From Rotaria socialis (Eukaryota): a stretch of DNA of 38,756 nt. The position numbers were made by a program, and so were the translations under genes. Below the pieces are notes generated by a model that worked only from the letters and a program-made list of their open reading frames with translations, did not search any database and was not told the origin of the DNA. Shown here in pieces: positions 37,228 to 38,756 of this stretch. How positions within the stretch are numbered: the first letter of the stretch is position 1; each line of letters starts with the position of its first letter. The stretch lies in contig CAJNYD010000113.1 of NCBI GenBank assembly GCA_905331295.1, forward strand, positions 62,001 to 100,756, read 5' to 3'.

Positions 37228-38544
37228 CAAGATGGTAATAAAGACATCGAAGACGCCATCAATAAATCTTTTACAGACATGTCTTCTCCATTTCATATCA
37301 AAGCGTTGCAAGCCTTACAACTTTTAGAATTACTTGCTGTAGAACTGCAACAGTCATTATTTATTCCAATAACAAATTAAGATCACGAAAATAGTTTGAA
37401 TGACATTTTATTAGTAACATGTACACGTGAAAAAAAGGTTATTGTATATGTTGAATAAATTCGACGATATCATGTGAAACTTTGCTTTTTATCATGAAAT
37501 AGAAATTCCAAAAGGACGACTAATCAATCGATAATAAGCATTTCATTTCTAAACTAAACTTGAAAAAAAAAGACTTTTGAGTTTGAAATAACATAAGGTA
37601 ATCAATGACAATCAGACAGAAGATAGTATATAGGAGAAAATGAACGATCAATATTAAATCTAAACAGATCAAATTAATCTTAGATTTGTCAGGGATGGGA
37701 TTGATTGTGGATGAGAGTCCAAATCTCACTGGTAGTGGGACGTGCAACATATAAATGACAGAAGTTATAATAGCTGAGCATTTGAATTATACAAACTGAT
37801 TGGATTAATCATAGTTCGTGTTCGATTCTCAATCCGTGATGAAGTTGAAAGCTTGAATTTCTTGAAAATTGAAAAAGAAATACATCACTTCCATATATTT
37901 GATGATGATTTGTGCAGAGAGAATCGTCAGCATTCAGCTGAATGTTGGTATTACTATATGATCAACGAATTTAATTTGTTTTATTTTATGCTTCATTCGA
38001 TTGATATTCATTGAAGGATTACTTTGTTTTAAACAAACTTTTGATTTGAATTGATCAAAGATTAATAGATTGGAGAATTATGGCATCAATAAAGAGAAAT
38101 CAATTGTTTGGGTTTCTTCTCCTTTTTGATATTCTTCCAATTCTTTTTCGACTTGTTTCTTTTTTTTCTTCCAAGAAATCCAACGAAATATTAAGAAATA
38201 AAAGTTTTGGTTTCTTTTTCTCATATCTTCATTATTTTGGTATTCGTTCAAGAGAAATGATCAAAATCATTATTAAAAGAGAATATTTAACTGAAAAAGA
38301 TGCTGATCTTGATTTTCTTTGGTAAGATCATTTCATGCTGTCCTTCAATCAATATTTCTTTCAAATCCATTAGAATTGAAATTGAAATTTCATTCGATTA
38401 TCGAATAGTTATTTAAATCTCATTTTTATTAAATGTGAACATATTTCAAGTCAAAGTCTTTCTCCATCATCATCATTATTATTATAGTGATATGAAAACC
38501 CAAATAAAGAATGTCTTGAATCTTGATCAAAATTGTCAGATTTA

Positions 38545-38756
38545 GCCCGACTGTGGGTTGTTCGGATTGTGACAACCCCTAATATTTAAAAAAAATTCTT
38601 TTTTTTGCTTAACCAAAACTTCACGAATAGGGATGGCGTCACTAGGGGAGGGGTGTCAGATGTGTGACAACCCCACAATCGTGAAAAAGTTTTGTTTTTC
38701 CCAGGGAGCCGGAAGCTTTTCCATTTTCTTAGAAAAAAAAGCACCTACACTCTGGG
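38545..38756. mobile_element. Probable end(s) of another non-autonomous DNA element
   Basis: TGGCGTCACTAGGGG hAT-like terminus at ~38635 and repeated GTGACAACCCC motifs (~38570, ~38665); partner end not in window. Confidence 0.3.

Noticed and set aside
37520..38540. Coding-like, stop-riddled minus-strand stretch
   Set aside because: May be an old pseudogene, but no consistent frame or recognisable motif was found.

Overview
AT-rich eukaryotic DNA, very probably a bdelloid rotifer. This is inferred from the ~50-60 bp GT-AG introns, bdelloid-type F-box/LRR genes, TGTGGG repeats and divergent rRNA. Left arm: the 5' end of a DnaJ gene (-), an apparently complete intron-rich MCM7 gene (+), and a VPS36 gene whose exons stop after exon 3. 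Centre: one complete, insertion-free 18S-ITS1-5.8S-ITS2-28S rDNA unit on the minus strand, with no neighbouring unit in the window. It carries compensatory changes in normally invariant helices (h1, h2, h3), an altered R2/I-PpoI target site and a duplicated 3' hairpin. Right arm: decayed, mostly intron-containing gene copies (SAS-6-like, SPT5, IDH3 gamma, an intronless DUF3638/DUF3645-type C-terminal fragment, an F-box), one intact F-box/LRR gene, and an intact 3.57-kb hAT transposon with (TCAAG)n subterminal arrays. It also holds a nest of non-autonomous elements (hAT derivative inside a Penelope-like RT fragment, Helitron-like, telomere-repeat foldbacks). A 630-bp duplication across the N at 28348 is most likely an assembly or haplotype overlap. 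All protein identifications are by eye from remembered family motifs; no searches were run.
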